64,000 nt of DNA from an uncultured Anaerolineaceae bacterium (GCA_964518505.1 CAZFGT010000003.1:26589-90588), one strand, 5' to 3'. Positions 35,005 to 44,919 are shown, numbered from the stretch's first letter. Notes: generated by a model not told the origin, from the sequence alone. Made by a program: numbers and translations.

Positions 35005-36120
35005 TCAGGACGGGGTGCGGACCGGCATGATGACGTGCACATAGCCCGGGTCGCCGACCGGCTTCATGACGCCCGGCGAGAGCGGCCCGCTGAACTCCAG
35101 GGCGACCTGCTCGGCGCGCACGTTCTGGAGCGCCTCCTGCAGGTAGCGGGCGTTGAAGGCGATCGTCATCGGCTCGCCTTCCACGGCCGCCTCGACCTGG
35201 CCCTCCGTGTCGCCCACATCGGCCGCGGCGGCGATGGTCAAGAGCCCGCTGGAGGCCTCCTCCACCCGCACCTTGACGACGTTGGCGGAGTTGCTGGCGA
35301 TGAGCGCGGACACGCGCACGGCCTTCAGCAGAGCCTCGCGATCGACCACCGCCCGGGCGGTGAACGAGCTTGGCATGACCTGCTGGTAGTTGGGGAACTG
35401 GCCGTCGATGAGGCGGCTCACCAGCTCCGTACCTTCGAGGTGGAAGACGACCTGGTTCTTGGCCGGCGCCAGCAGGATGTCGACCGGGTCGTCCGTGTCG
35501 GTCAGCAGCCGCTCCAGCTCCATGTAGGTGCGGGCCGGGACGACCACGCTGGTCTCCTCCACGGGATCCAGGGTCGTCAGGGTCTTGACCGCGATGCGGT
35601 AGTTGTCGGCGGCCGCCAGGGTCACGCGGTCGCCCTCGAAGCGGGTCAGGACGCCGGTCAGGATCGGGCGGGCCTCGTCGGTGGCCGCGGCGAAGGCGAC
35701 CTCGCTGAGCGCCTGGCGCAGGGCGCGCTGGCTGATGCGGGTCGTGGGCCGCTCGCCGGCGGCGGGGATGACCGGGAACTCCTCCGCGTCGATCCCCCGC
35801 AGGGTCGCCTTCTGGCGCCCGCAGTGCAGGCGCATGGTGCCGTCCTCGACCTCCAGGTCGACGCGTTCGGACGGCTGCAGGGAGTTGACCACGTCGGACA
35901 TGAGGCGGGCCGGGACGGTCAGGGCGCCGTCCGTCTCGATGCGGCCGGGCACCCAGACGGTGATGCCGATCTCCAGGTTGGTGGCCGTCAGCTTGAGGCC
36001 GGCGTCCTCTGTTCGCAGCAGGACGTTGGCCAGGACGGGCAACGCGCTGCGGGAACTCACGGCCCGGCTGACGACCTGGAGGCCGCGCGCCAGGTTCTCC
36101 TGCATCACCGAGAGCTTCAC
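35005..36120 (-). CDS. dnaN: DNA polymerase III beta subunit (sliding clamp)
   Basis: 371 aa: MKLSVMQENLARGLQ…, three-domain β-clamp pattern, C-terminal MPVR. Confidence 0.92.
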   Translation of the reverse strand: MKLSVMQENLARGLQVVSRAVSSRSALPVLANVLLRTEDAGLKLTATNLEIGITVWVPGRIETDGALTVPARLMSDVVNSLQPSERVDLEVEDGTMRLHCGRQKATLRGIDAEEFPVIPAAGERPTTRISQRALRQALSEVAFAAATDEARPILTGVLTRFEGDRVTLAAADNYRIAVKTLTTLDPVEETSVVVPARTYMELERLLTDTDDPVDILLAPAKNQVVFHLEGTELVSRLIDGQFPNYQQVMPSSFTARAVVDREALLKAVRVSALIASNSANVVKVRVEEASSGLLTIAAAADVGDTEGQVEAAVEGEPMTIAFNARYLQEALQNVRAEQVALEFSGPLSPGVMKPVGDPGYVHVIMPVRTPS

Positions 36121-36502
36121 GGTCGGGGGTCTCCCTCGAGCCGGGAGGCCGCCATCTTGCGGCTTCCACGGGTCGGTCGTGGTGGGTGGTCCTTCTTCCT
36201 GAATCTTCTCATCTACTCATCACCGTCATATGCCTGTGGACACGGTGGAAGTCCGTGTGTGAGGCCACATCACGGGTCGGTGGATGGACCAGGGGGAGGG
36301 GGTGGAAAGCCGGGCTTCCGGATGGGACGGACGGTGGGAAGTGGCGCCGCTGGGCCGGGCGTGGTCTCCGGTGAAGGGGTCCCCTGGCGGACGGCTTGTC
36401 CACAAGTGACCCGTGTTATCCACAGATTCAGGCGGCTTCTCCACAGGAACAGGTCCGGGAAGGGGTCGCGGCGACCTCTGGCGACGACTGGCGGGCAGGC
36501 CC
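36121..36502. promoter_or_regulatory. Chromosomal origin of replication (oriC): DnaA-box cluster and AT-rich unwinding element in the dnaA-dnaN intergenic region
   Basis: TTGTCCACA (36387-36395), TTATCCACA (36417-36425, perfect consensus), TTCTCCACA (36438-36446), and an inverted GTGTCCACA (36236-36244). AT-richer stretch at 36191-36235. Actinobacteria-type placement between dnaA and dnaN. Confidence 0.75.
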
Positions 36503-37852
36503 TCAGTCGGCGTAGAGCAACTCGCGGACGGCCGCCAGCTCGCGGCGCAATTCGTCGTTCTCGGCCGTCTCGCGGGCGATCTTGTCGCACGCGTACAGGA
36601 CGGTCGAATGGTCGCGTCCACCCAGCTCCGCGCCGATGCGCATGAGCGAGACGTCGGTCTCCGAACGCATCAGGTACATGGCGATCTGGCGCGGCGTCAC
36701 GATGGCCTTGTCGCGCTTCTCCCCGCGCAACGCGTCCAGGTCCACGCCGTAGTAGTCGGAAACGGCCTGGGCCACGCGCTCGGGGGTCACGCTCCGCTTC
36801 TTGGGGTTGTACAGGACGTTGGAGAGGACCGCCTGGGCCAGCTCGATGGTGATCGGCTGGCCGCCCATGCTGGCATAGGCCACGATGCGGTTGAGGGCGC
36901 CCTCCAGCTCGCGGATGTTACTGGCCACCTTGCGGGCGATGAACTCGATGACGTCCGAGCCCACGCCGACCGCCTGATCCTCTGCCTTGGCCCGCAGGAT
37001 GGCGATGCGCGTCTCCAGGTCGGGCGCCGTCAGGTCGGCGATGAGGCCCCATTCGAAGCGGCTCCGCAGACGCTCCTCCAGGGTCAGGATGGCCTTGGGC
37101 GGCCGGTCGCTGGAGAGGACGATCTGTTTGCCGTCCTCGTGGATGGCGTTGAAGGTGTGGAAGAACTCTTCCTGGGTCCGTTCCTTGTCGGCGATGAACT
37201 GGATGTCATCGATCAGGAGCAGGTCGATCTTGCGATAGCGGGCCCGGAACTCGTCGATCTTGCCCTGCTGGATGCTGGTGATGAACTCGTTGGTGAACTT
37301 CTCGCTCGTGGCGTAGACGACGCGCTTGCGGGGCAGCCGCGAGAGCACCTGGTTGCCGATGGCGTGCATGAGGTGCGTCTTGCCCAGGCCCACCCCGCCG
37401 TACAGGAAGAGCGGGTTGTAGGCGTGCCCGGGCCGCTCGGCGACCGACAGGCTGGCGGCGTGGGCGAGCCGGTTGGCCGAGCCGACGATGAAGGTGCCGA
37501 AGGTATACCGGGGGTTGAGGCCGACCGCCGCGCCCTCGCCCCCCACCCGGGTCGGCTCAAGCCGGACCGACCGGTTCTCGTCGTTGCTTTCGCGCACCGG
37601 AGCGGGCGCCTCGCGCACCTCGAACTCGACGGTCACGCTGTAGCCCACGACCCGCGCCAGCGTCTGGCTGATCAGCGAGCGATAGCGGGTCTCCAGCCAG
37701 TCCTTGGCGAAGCCGTTGGGGACCGCCACGCGGAAGCGGCTGTCGTCCACCTCCACGAGCGCGGTGTCGCGCAGCCACGTCTCGTAGTTGGCGGGCGAGA
37801 GGGACACCTGGAGCTCGCCCAACGCGGCGCGCCACACCTGCTTCGCGTCCAT
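36503..37852 (-). CDS. dnaA: Chromosomal replication initiator protein DnaA
   Basis: AAA+ Walker A GGVGLGKTHLMHAIG, Walker B LLIDDIQF, sensor motifs, and a C-terminal DNA-binding HTH (DHSTVLYACDKI). Start at MDAKQVWRAALGEL (ATG 37852); the upstream ORF extension is non-coding. Confidence 0.95.
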   Translation of the reverse strand: MDAKQVWRAALGELQVSLSPANYETWLRDTALVEVDDSRFRVAVPNGFAKDWLETRYRSLISQTLARVVGYSVTVEFEVREAPAPVRESNDENRSVRLEPTRVGGEGAAVGLNPRYTFGTFIVGSANRLAHAASLSVAERPGHAYNPLFLYGGVGLGKTHLMHAIGNQVLSRLPRKRVVYATSEKFTNEFITSIQQGKIDEFRARYRKIDLLLIDDIQFIADKERTQEEFFHTFNAIHEDGKQIVLSSDRPPKAILTLEERLRSRFEWGLIADLTAPDLETRIAILRAKAEDQAVGVGSDVIEFIARKVASNIRELEGALNRIVAYASMGGQPITIELAQAVLSNVLYNPKKRSVTPERVAQAVSDYYGVDLDALRGEKRDKAIVTPRQIAMYLMRSETDVSLMRIGAELGGRDHSTVLYACDKIARETAENDELRRELAAVRELLYAD

Positions 37853-38183
37853 CGATAGCACGACCCCGAGACTGGATGATGACCATGGACTGGGCTGCGG
37901 GACTCGCTGCCGGCCGACCCGACTGGGTTCGCGCGGGCGGCTCGAACAGGCGGCGACGGGCTGTCGGGCTGGGTCCCGGGCGTGACCGGCGGGCCGTCTC
38001 CTGGCGCACCTCCGGCGTCCCGGCGCTGGGGGTCGAAAGAGAGTAGCACCGCCCCGAGCGGCCCTGCAACGATGAAGTTCGGATACTCCCTGGGAGTACT
38101 GACGATCGGCGCCCCGTGGGGCCGGTGACGGGGGATGATGCCACTCCGCGGGGGCGCCTGCAGCGCCGTCGCGCAGCCCCGCG

Positions 38184-38549
38184 TCAGGCCACGGGATCCC
38201 CCGGCGCGGCGCCCTCATCGACGCTCAGGAGGGGGATGCGGCCGTCCTCCGGCAGCGCGCCAAGGACCAGCACCTCGCTGCTGAAGCCGGCGATGCGCTT
38301 GGGGGCGAAGTTGGCGACCACCACCACGAGGCGCCCCACCAGCGCCGCCGGATCGGCGTACGTGCCAGGCAGTTGGGCCGAGCTGCGCCGCAGGCCGCCC
38401 GGGCCCAGGTCGATGGTCAGGCGGTAGGCCGGTCGCCGCGCCTCGGGGAACGCTTCGGCGGCCACGATCCGGCCGACCCGCAGGTCCAGGCGCTCGAAGT
38501 CGGCCCACGACGCCGAGCCGGGCGGCAGGAGGGGACGGGTCGTGCTCAT
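38184..38549 (-). CDS. tRNA-binding domain protein (CsaA/Trbp111-like)
   Basis: 121 aa with an OB-fold tRNA-binding signature (DLRVGRIVAAE…RLVVVVANFAPKRIAGFSSEVLVLGA). Confidence 0.65.
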   Translation of the reverse strand: MSTTRPLLPPGSASWADFERLDLRVGRIVAAEAFPEARRPAYRLTIDLGPGGLRRSSAQLPGTYADPAALVGRLVVVVANFAPKRIAGFSSEVLVLGALPEDGRIPLLSVDEGAAPGDPVA

Positions 38550-38588
38550 CGGCCCGATGGTAGCCTCCAGCGGCGCTAAGCTGCGCCG

Positions 38589-39281
38589 ATGGATCTGGGC
38601 CTTCAGCTCGACCTTGGCCTGCGCATCCTGCTGGCGGCCATCGGCGGCGCGGCCATCGGCCTGGAGCGGGAGATCCACGATCATCCGGCCGGCATGCGCA
38701 CGCACCTGTTGGTGGCCATGGGTGCCGGCCTGTTCGCCGTGCTGAGTGGCACCGGCTACCAGGACGCCTTCCACCAGGGCATCGCGGCCGCGCCCGACCC
38801 GACGCGGATCGCCGCCCAGATCGTCACCGGCGTGGGCTTCCTGGGGGCCGGCGCGATCATCCACCAGGGCAACATCATCCACGGCCTGACGACCGCCGCG
38901 AGCCTGTGGGCCACGGCCGCCGTGGGCCTCGCCGCGGGGACCGGCCAGTACATCCTGGGCTTCGTGGCCGTGGCCATCATGCTCATCAGCCTGGGGCCGC
39001 TGAACGCCATCGCCGCGCGCATCCACCCCACCGGCTCGCACGCCGTGACGATGCGTATCGAGATCGCCGCCCTCGACGTGCTGGGGGCCGTGTCGGCGCG
39101 CATCGCCGCCGCCAACGCCGATCTCCTGTCGATCAACAGCCGCAAGCTGGGCAAGGGCCGCTACGAGATCACGCTGGGGGTGCGCATGCCGCGCCGCACC
39201 TCGGCCAACGAGCTGATCGCCGGCCTGACGAGGGTGGAGGGGGTCGAGAGCGTCGACGCCTCGGACAACGCCGAGACCTGA
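38589..39281 (+). CDS. mgtC: MgtC/SapB family membrane protein
   Basis: GLEREIHDHPAGMRTHLLVAMGAGLF signature, four TM helices, and a C-terminal ACT-like soluble domain. Confidence 0.8.
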   Translation: MDLGLQLDLGLRILLAAIGGAAIGLEREIHDHPAGMRTHLLVAMGAGLFAVLSGTGYQDAFHQGIAAAPDPTRIAAQIVTGVGFLGAGAIIHQGNIIHGLTTAASLWATAAVGLAAGTGQYILGFVAVAIMLISLGPLNAIAARIHPTGSHAVTMRIEIAALDVLGAVSARIAAANADLLSINSRKLGKGRYEITLGVRMPRRTSANELIAGLTRVEGVESVDASDNAET

Positions 39282-39334
39282 GTAGGCTTCGGCCGGCCCG
39301 GGGGGCGACGGACGTGCGGGACCGGTCCGTTCGT

Positions 39335-39364
39335 TTGACACCCGTTCCGAGCGGTTCCTATAAT
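39335..39364 (+). promoter_or_regulatory. Consensus sigma70-type promoter upstream of rpmH (TTGACA-18-TATAAT)
   Basis: TTGACA at 39335-39340 and TATAAT at 39359-39364. About 140-nt leader, then an AAGGAG RBS before the rpmH ATG. Confidence 0.5.
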
Positions 39365-39512
39365 CCCGCGTTGATCGACGCGCCACGGCGGGACGGACCG
39401 AACCCGGTTCCGACACCTCGCAGCGGCGCGTTCGGTGCCTCTCAGGGACCAATGGGGCCCGTCCCGCCCCGTCCGGGTCCGGATCCTCGGCCCAAGGAGT
39501 CCTCCCAGCGCG

Positions 39513-39647
39513 ATGAAGCAGACCTACCAGCCTCGCAAGCGTCACCGCGCCAAGGAGCACGGCTTCCGGGCCCGCATGCGCACCCACGGAGGCCGGCGCG
39601 TGCTGGCCGCCAGGCGCGCCAAGGGGCGGAAGCGCCTGTCCGCCTGA
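39513..39647 (+). CDS. rpmH: 50S ribosomal protein L34
   Basis: [44 protein letters not shown] is near-identical to the universal L34 sequence. Confidence 0.97.
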   Translation: MKQTYQPRKRHRAKEHGFRARMRTHGGRRVLAARRAKGRKRLSA

Positions 39648-39686
39648 CCTCCGCCCGGATCGAGGCCGCACCGCATCACTCTGCGC

Positions 39687-40025
39687 ATGCTCACCTCGGC
39701 GCATGACTTCGCCGAACTCCAGCGTTCGCGGCGGACCAGGGGTGACACGTACGTCGCCCTCCGCTTCAAGCGCACCGACTTGCCAGAGACACGGTTCGGC
39801 TTCGCCACCGGACGGAAGCTGGGGGGAGCGGTCGTCCGCAACCGGGTGCGGCGGCGGCTACGCTCGATCCTCCGCGGCATGGAGCCGCGGTTGCTCGGCG
39901 GATGGGACGTCCTCATCGCCGTCCGGCCGGCCGGGGCGACGGTGAGCCAGGCCACGCTGGGGTCGTCGGTCGGAGAGGCCCTGCAGGCTGCGGGCGTGCT
40001 CAAGGGAGAAGTGACGAACAGGTGA
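39687..40025 (+). CDS. rnpA: Ribonuclease P protein component
   Basis: Follows rpmH. 112 aa, basic, with the RNR motif region ([14 protein letters not shown]). Confidence 0.85.
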   Translation: MLTSAHDFAELQRSRRTRGDTYVALRFKRTDLPETRFGFATGRKLGGAVVRNRVRRRLRSILRGMEPRLLGGWDVLIAVRPAGATVSQATLGSSVGEALQAAGVLKGEVTNR

Positions 40026-40240
40026 GACGAATCGGCGTCGCCCTCGGCGTGGGGCTCATCCGTCTCTACCGCCTCGTCTTCGCCCTGTTCCCCTCGTCCT
40101 GCCGGTACGAACCCAGCTGCTCCCGCTACACGGAGCAGGCGATCGTCCGCTACGGCCTCCTGCGAGGCAGCGTCATGGGGGCCCGGCGCATCGCCCGGTG
40201 CCACCCGTGGGCCCCCGGCGGGTTCGATCCCGTCCCGTGA
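40022..40240 (+). CDS. yidD: Membrane protein insertion efficiency factor YidD
   Basis: [34 protein letters not shown] is a YidD signature. GTG start overlaps the rnpA stop (GTGA). Confidence 0.8.
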   Translation: MRRIGVALGVGLIRLYRLVFALFPSSCRYEPSCSRYTEQAIVRYGLLRGSVMGARRIARCHPWAPGGFDPVP

Positions 40241-41568
40241 TGCTCGATCCCCGCCGCGTGAGTCGCTCGCTCCTGATCCGCGCCGGCATGCTGGTGGCGT
40301 TGCTCGGCCTGGCGATCGCCATGTGGCTGCCGGCCGGCCTGGCCTTCGCCGACAGTCCCGCCCCGACCGCCTCCGTCGCGGCCAGCGCGCCGGCCGCGAC
40401 CCCGACCCCGACGCCGGCCGGCCAGACGCCGTTCCTGGAGAACAACGAGCCGCCCTGCCCGAACGTCACGCCTGCCCCCACGGCCAGCCCCACACCGAGC
40501 TCCGCGGCGGCCGGTTCGCCCCTCGCCACCACGACCCCGCGCCCGAGTCCGACGCGGCACCCCAACCTCTGCCCGGCCCAGCTCGCCAGCATCGACCCGC
40601 TGACGATCCTGGCCGTGGCCTTCACGCCGATCTTCCAGACCATCTTCCTGGCCCTGGCCTTCATCTACAGCATCACCGGCGACATCGGCATCGCGATCAT
40701 CCTCGTGACGCTCGTCATCCGGCTCCTGCTGATCCCCCTGTTCCGCCGGCAGATCACCTCGACCCGCCGGATGCAGGCGCTCCAGCCGGAGCTGGCGGAG
40801 ATCCGTCGGCGCTACAAGGGCGACCGCAACAAGCAGAGCGCCGAGCAGATGAAGCTGTACCAGGACCGCGGCATCAACCCAGCCGCCGGCTGCCTGCCGT
40901 CGCTGTCCCAGATGCTCCTGCTGCTACCCATGTACTACGTCTTCAGCGCCGGCCTCCAGGCGCCCAATATCAGCTCGATGCTGACGGTCTTCGGGACGAA
41001 GCTCGTCAACATCCAGTGCCAGGACCCCACCGGCAACGCCCTGGTGCCATGCCTCAATTCCACCATCCACTGGCTGGGCGGCCTGAACGCGGGCCAGCCG
41101 GCCGTCTTCGCGCAGATCCCGCTGGGCATCGCCACCTTCGGCCTGAGCCTCCTGGCCCTGGTCTCGGCCGGCCTCCAGCTGATCCAGACGCGCATGATGA
41201 TGCCGCCCGCGGTCGACTCCCAGTCACGCAGCCAGCAGCAGATCTACGCCTTCATCCCGCTGCTGTCGATCGTCTACGGTTCGTTCCTGCCGGCTGGCCT
41301 GTTCCTCTACTGGATCGTCACCACGGTCTTCTCGATCGTGCAGCAATATCTGACCGTTGGATGGGGCTCGTTGTTCCCGTTCCTCGGTTGGACGCCCGCC
41401 TTCGCCAAGGGCCACGTGCCGCGCTTCGGGATCGCCGATGCGCCGCCGCCGCGGCCCAGGGTGACGGAGACGCCCGCCAGTCAGCGTGATCCCAAGGACG
41501 CTGCCAGCGGCACGGTGCGCCCGGCCAGGAAACGGGCACGGACCAGTCGACGGGGGAGAAGAAGATGA
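40240..41568 (+). CDS. yidC: Membrane protein insertase YidC
   Basis: YidC/Oxa1 core (…GDIGIAIILVTLVIRLLLIPL…QALQPELAEIRRRYKGDRNKQSAEQMKLYQDRGINPAAGCLP…). Start ATG overlaps the yidD stop. Confidence 0.85.
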   Translation: MLDPRRVSRSLLIRAGMLVALLGLAIAMWLPAGLAFADSPAPTASVAASAPAATPTPTPAGQTPFLENNEPPCPNVTPAPTASPTPSSAAAGSPLATTTPRPSPTRHPNLCPAQLASIDPLTILAVAFTPIFQTIFLALAFIYSITGDIGIAIILVTLVIRLLLIPLFRRQITSTRRMQALQPELAEIRRRYKGDRNKQSAEQMKLYQDRGINPAAGCLPSLSQMLLLLPMYYVFSAGLQAPNISSMLTVFGTKLVNIQCQDPTGNALVPCLNSTIHWLGGLNAGQPAVFAQIPLGIATFGLSLLALVSAGLQLIQTRMMMPPAVDSQSRSQQQIYAFIPLLSIVYGSFLPAGLFLYWIVTTVFSIVQQYLTVGWGSLFPFLGWTPAFAKGHVPRFGIADAPPPRPRVTETPASQRDPKDAASGTVRPARKRARTSRRGRRR

Positions 41569-42686
41569 GCGATTACCAGGAGTTCACCGGCAAGAGCGTC
41601 GAAGAGGCGCTCCGGGCCGCCCGCGAAGCCTTTGGCGTCACGGGGCTCGACGATCTCGACTTCGAGATCCTGACGCCCGGCAGCCGGGGGGTCCTGGGCA
41701 TGGGCGCCGAGCCGGCCCGCATCGTGGCCGCGCCGCGGTCCGCGCTCGGCGGCGCCGCACCTCGCCGTGAGGCAGCCGCCGCGACACCGCTGCCGCCACG
41801 CGAACCGCGCCCCGAGGGCGACGCCCGCGAGGGCGGACGCGAAAGCCGCGGACGCGACGACCGCGGCCGTGGTGGGCGACCCGACCGTGGTCCGCGGCCC
41901 CCGGACCGTGCGCGGCCGATGGAGCGCCCCGTCCGATCGGAGGAGCCGCGCGTGGCCGCGCCGGACGTGGAGCCGGCGGGCGCCGAGGTCGCAGCCCAGC
42001 CCGACCAGGTCACGCGCCCGCCGCGTGCCGACCGACCACCCCGCCGCGACCGGCCCGAGCGTGGACCCCGGCCCGAGCGGGCCCCGCGTGTGGACCGTGC
42101 GGACCGCCCCCGTACCGACCACCGTCCGACCGGCCTGACCGATGCCGAGACCGAGCAAGTGGCGGCCGGCCGGGCCTCCCGCACCGTGGAGCGCGAAGAG
42201 ATCCAGGCGGCCGAGGCTTCGCCTGAGGCACTCGCCGCCGGCAAGGCCATCCTGGAGCGCCTGCTGACCCTGATGGGCTACGACGTGCAGGTCAGCATCG
42301 TGACCGGGGAGACGTCCAAGCTCGATGTGAGCGGCGAGGGCGACGAGAGCGAGGCGCTGGGGGCCCTCATCGGCCGCAAGGGAGAGCGCCTGTCGGCGCT
42401 GCAGCATCTGCTCAACCTGATGCTCTCCCGGGAGATCGGCGCCTGGACCCGCGTCCTCGTCGACGTGGAGGACTACCGTGGGCGCCGCGAGCGGCAGCTC
42501 GTGGAGCTCGCCAACCGGGCCGCCGACCACGTCATCGAGACGGGCAAGATGCTCCAGCTGGAGCCCATGCCGCCGCTCGAGCGCCGCTGGATCCACATCG
42601 CGCTCAAGGGGCGTGAGGGGATCGGCACGCAGTCCATCGGCGAGGAGCCCAACCGTCGCGTGGTGGTCCTCCGCCGGGACGCCTAG
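41565..42686 (+). CDS. jag: Jag/KhpB (EloR) RNA-binding protein with Jag_N, KH and R3H domains and a long Arg/Pro/Asp/Glu-rich linker
   Basis: N-terminal Jag_N (FTGKSVEEALRAAREAFGV), KH (LLTLMGYDVQVSIV…ALIGRKGERLSALQHLLN) and R3H (MPPLERRWIHIALKGREGI) domains. Confidence 0.8.
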   Translation: MSDYQEFTGKSVEEALRAAREAFGVTGLDDLDFEILTPGSRGVLGMGAEPARIVAAPRSALGGAAPRREAAAATPLPPREPRPEGDAREGGRESRGRDDRGRGGRPDRGPRPPDRARPMERPVRSEEPRVAAPDVEPAGAEVAAQPDQVTRPPRADRPPRRDRPERGPRPERAPRVDRADRPRTDHRPTGLTDAETEQVAAGRASRTVEREEIQAAEASPEALAAGKAILERLLTLMGYDVQVSIVTGETSKLDVSGEGDESEALGALIGRKGERLSALQHLLNLMLSREIGAWTRVLVDVEDYRGRRERQLVELANRAADHVIETGKMLQLEPMPPLERRWIHIALKGREGIGTQSIGEEPNRRVVVLRRDA

Positions 42687-42699
42687 GCGTCTGTCCGGC

Positions 42700-43596
42700 G
42701 TGCCCGCCCTGCGGCTCGCCCGCTTCGCCCGCGCCGACGACCTGCTGGCCCTGGCCGGGGACTTCCTGGCCGGGCGCGAGGCTGAGCACAACCTGCTGCT
42801 GGGCATCCTTGGCGGTCTCCGATCGCCCGCTCCGGGCGCGGTCGGCGAGGCGCCGTACCTGGCCGCGGTCGTGCGCGGCGACACGGTCGTCGCGGTGGCT
42901 CTCCGGACGCCGCCGTGGAACCTGGTGCTGTCCGAGATCGACGACCGGGCGGCCCTGCCGTTCATCGCCCGGGATGTGGCGATCGACCTCGTCGAGCGCG
43001 GCCCGGATGCGACGATCCGCGGCGTCCTTGGCCCGACGGCGCACGCGGAGGCCTTCGCGCGGTCGTGGGTCCGCCGTCGCTCGGGGCAGCGCATGCGGCT
43101 GGCGCGCACGGAACGGATCTTCCGCCTGGACCACGTCCGACCGCCGCGACCGGCGACGGGCACGTCGCGCCTGGCCACCATGGCCGACCGCGACCTGCTC
43201 GTGGCGTGGCTTCATGCGTTCAATGACGAGGCACTCGAGGGCGACGAGCCGGCGGACATGGCGGTGATCGCCGACCGGATGCTGGCCGGCGGCGGGCGCG
43301 CGGCCTACCTGTGGGACGACGAGGGGCCCGTCTCGCTGACCGCCATCGGCGGGCGCACGCCGCATGGCGTGCGCGTGGGGCCGGTCTACACGCCGCCCGA
43401 ACGTCGGGGACGCGGTTACGCCAGCAGCCTCGTGGCGGCCATCAGCCAGAGCCAGCTGGACGCCGGCTGCCGCTCGCTCTTCCTCTTCACCGACGTGGCC
43501 AACCCCACCTCCAACCACGTGTACCGGGCCATCGGCTACGAGCCGGTCTGCGATGTGGCCGACTGGCGCTTCGAGGCGGCCAGCGGGCCGACCTAG
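42700..43596 (+). CDS. GNAT-family N-acetyltransferase (two-domain)
   Basis: C-terminal GNAT motif A (VGPVYTPPERRGRGYASSLVAAI). GTG start at 42700 is assumed. Confidence 0.55.
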   Translation: MPALRLARFARADDLLALAGDFLAGREAEHNLLLGILGGLRSPAPGAVGEAPYLAAVVRGDTVVAVALRTPPWNLVLSEIDDRAALPFIARDVAIDLVERGPDATIRGVLGPTAHAEAFARSWVRRRSGQRMRLARTERIFRLDHVRPPRPATGTSRLATMADRDLLVAWLHAFNDEALEGDEPADMAVIADRMLAGGGRAAYLWDDEGPVSLTAIGGRTPHGVRVGPVYTPPERRGRGYASSLVAAISQSQLDAGCRSLFLFTDVANPTSNHVYRAIGYEPVCDVADWRFEAASGPT

Positions 43597-43885
43597 CGGC
43601 GCAGGAGGCGATCGAGCAGGCTGCGGCGGGGCTCGGCCGGCGGCGTCGGGGTCGTGCCCGCGTCGTAGTAGTCCGCCTGGTCCGTCTCGTGGAGATCGGC
43701 CTCATCGAGGAGAGCTTGGGCTTGCTCCGCGTCATGGTGGAGCGCGGTGGCCTGGTTCGAGTCGAGACCGCTGACGATCGCCGCCCCGACGATGGCGGGA
43801 TTCGGGCTCTGCATGCGCTGCACGCTGCGCCTCGCCGGTCGAGGTGTCAAGCGAACCGGGTGCGCAGCGACACGCGAATCGAAAC

Positions 43886-43912
43886 GGCGCCCCTCCGGGG
43901 TGGAGGAGCGCC
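43886..43912 (-). terminator. GC-rich hairpin immediately 3' of tmRNA (possible ssrA terminator or processing stem)
   Basis: GGCGCCCCTCCGGGGTGGAGGAGCGCC is an imperfect palindrome 15 nt downstream of the tmRNA CCA end. No clear U-tract. Confidence 0.3.
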
Positions 43913-43926
43913 GATCGCATGAGTGC

Positions 43927-44300
43927 TGGTGGAGATGGGGGAGGGTCGAACTCCCCGTCCAGAACCCTCAGCCGGAGACCACTACGAGCGTGTCCGATGG
44001 TTTGTCGTCGACCGCTCAGCCGGCCATCGGCAGTCTGCTGGGCAGTCCAGTCGCGTGTCCCTGGATCGGGCCTGGTCTCCGGGTACGCCACACTGGCCGG
44101 AGCTGCATCCCCGCTGAGTGACGCTTCCACAGCCCACGGGGAGGAGGCTGCTTCCACGCTCACCTTACCGCGTTAAGCGGCGAGGGCGAGAGCAGGCTGG
44201 CGGTTGCCAGTTACTTCGTTTTGCCGCCTGTTTAACGAGGCCTGACGGCACCTCGGCTCGCGTTCCCCGGGGATCCGGCCCTGTCGAAACCACACATCCC
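43927..44300 (-). ncRNA. ssrA: tmRNA (SsrA), ~374 nt; predicted tag peptide GNRQPALALAA
   Basis: Minus-strand 5' end GGGGAUGUGUGGUUUCGACAGGG and 3' end GGACGGGGAGUUCGACCCUCCCCCAUCUCCACCA. The acceptor stem carries a G3-U pair (Ala identity) and the T-loop is UUCGACC. Tag ORF: …AGUAACU GGC AAC CGC CAG CCU GCU CUC GCC CUC GCC GCU UAA. Confidence 0.85.
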
Positions 44301-44332
44301 CGTAGCCGGTCGCTCTCGCGTCCGGACCACCG

Positions 44333-44361
44333 ATTCTACGCTCGAACACCCGTTCGGACAA
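44333..44361 (-). promoter_or_regulatory. Putative ssrA promoter (TTGTCC-17-TAGAAT on the minus strand)
   Basis: Minus-strand reading cTTGTCCgaacgggtgttcgagcgTAGAAT, about 35 nt upstream of the mature tmRNA 5' end. Confidence 0.35.
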
Positions 44362-44919
44362 GAGCCCCCGTGACCGACGGCGACTCCTGGGGTCCCGAGC
44401 CCGCCGTCGACCCTCCTCTCACCAGCCGTCGTGGTGGTACGTGCCTGTCCGACTCTCCCGCGCTCCGGGACACCCTCTCGGGCCCCTCCATCCACGCTGC
44501 GGGGCGGGTCCCTCCATGGGGTCTGCCGCCGCCGATCGCCGTCGGATGCACATAGCACCAAGCCCACTGGTGCGCGAGGGGGCCGCCGGCACGGAGAGCC
44601 TTGATGTGGCGCACCCCATCGAGAGGACAGGGCGTAGCGCCTGCAGTGCTGCTCTGAGCACAGGGTCACGGCGCAACGGGCCCCCGCGCCGACGCGCATC
44701 GCCCGTGGATCGATGTAGCGCGCCCATGCCTGGATCGGGCCCAGCAGGCCCAGTAGCCGTTCCGAACCCCAGCCGACGGAGGACGCTCGACTCCTTGTGG
44801 GGGCGGCTTGTGCGGGGAGCAGCACTGGACGCGATATCGGCCAGCGCTAGGCGATCAAACGGGCCTGGCCTTGTGGCGCCGCGCCCCGAGGGATCGGGCC
44901 GTCCGGCATGGTCCTCGGC

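Noticed and set aside
43593-43850. 85-aa acidic ORF on the minus strand just downstream of tmRNA
   Set aside because: No motifs, and its start codon is uncertain (TTG, or an internal ATG at 43814). It lies in the tmRNA 3' flank. It was kept only as a possibility and not called.
43927-44300. tmRNA 3' end as a genomic-island integration site
   Set aside because: No integrase, recombinase or direct repeat of the tmRNA 3' end is seen nearby. The adjacent genes (GNAT, jag, yidC) are core origin-region genes.
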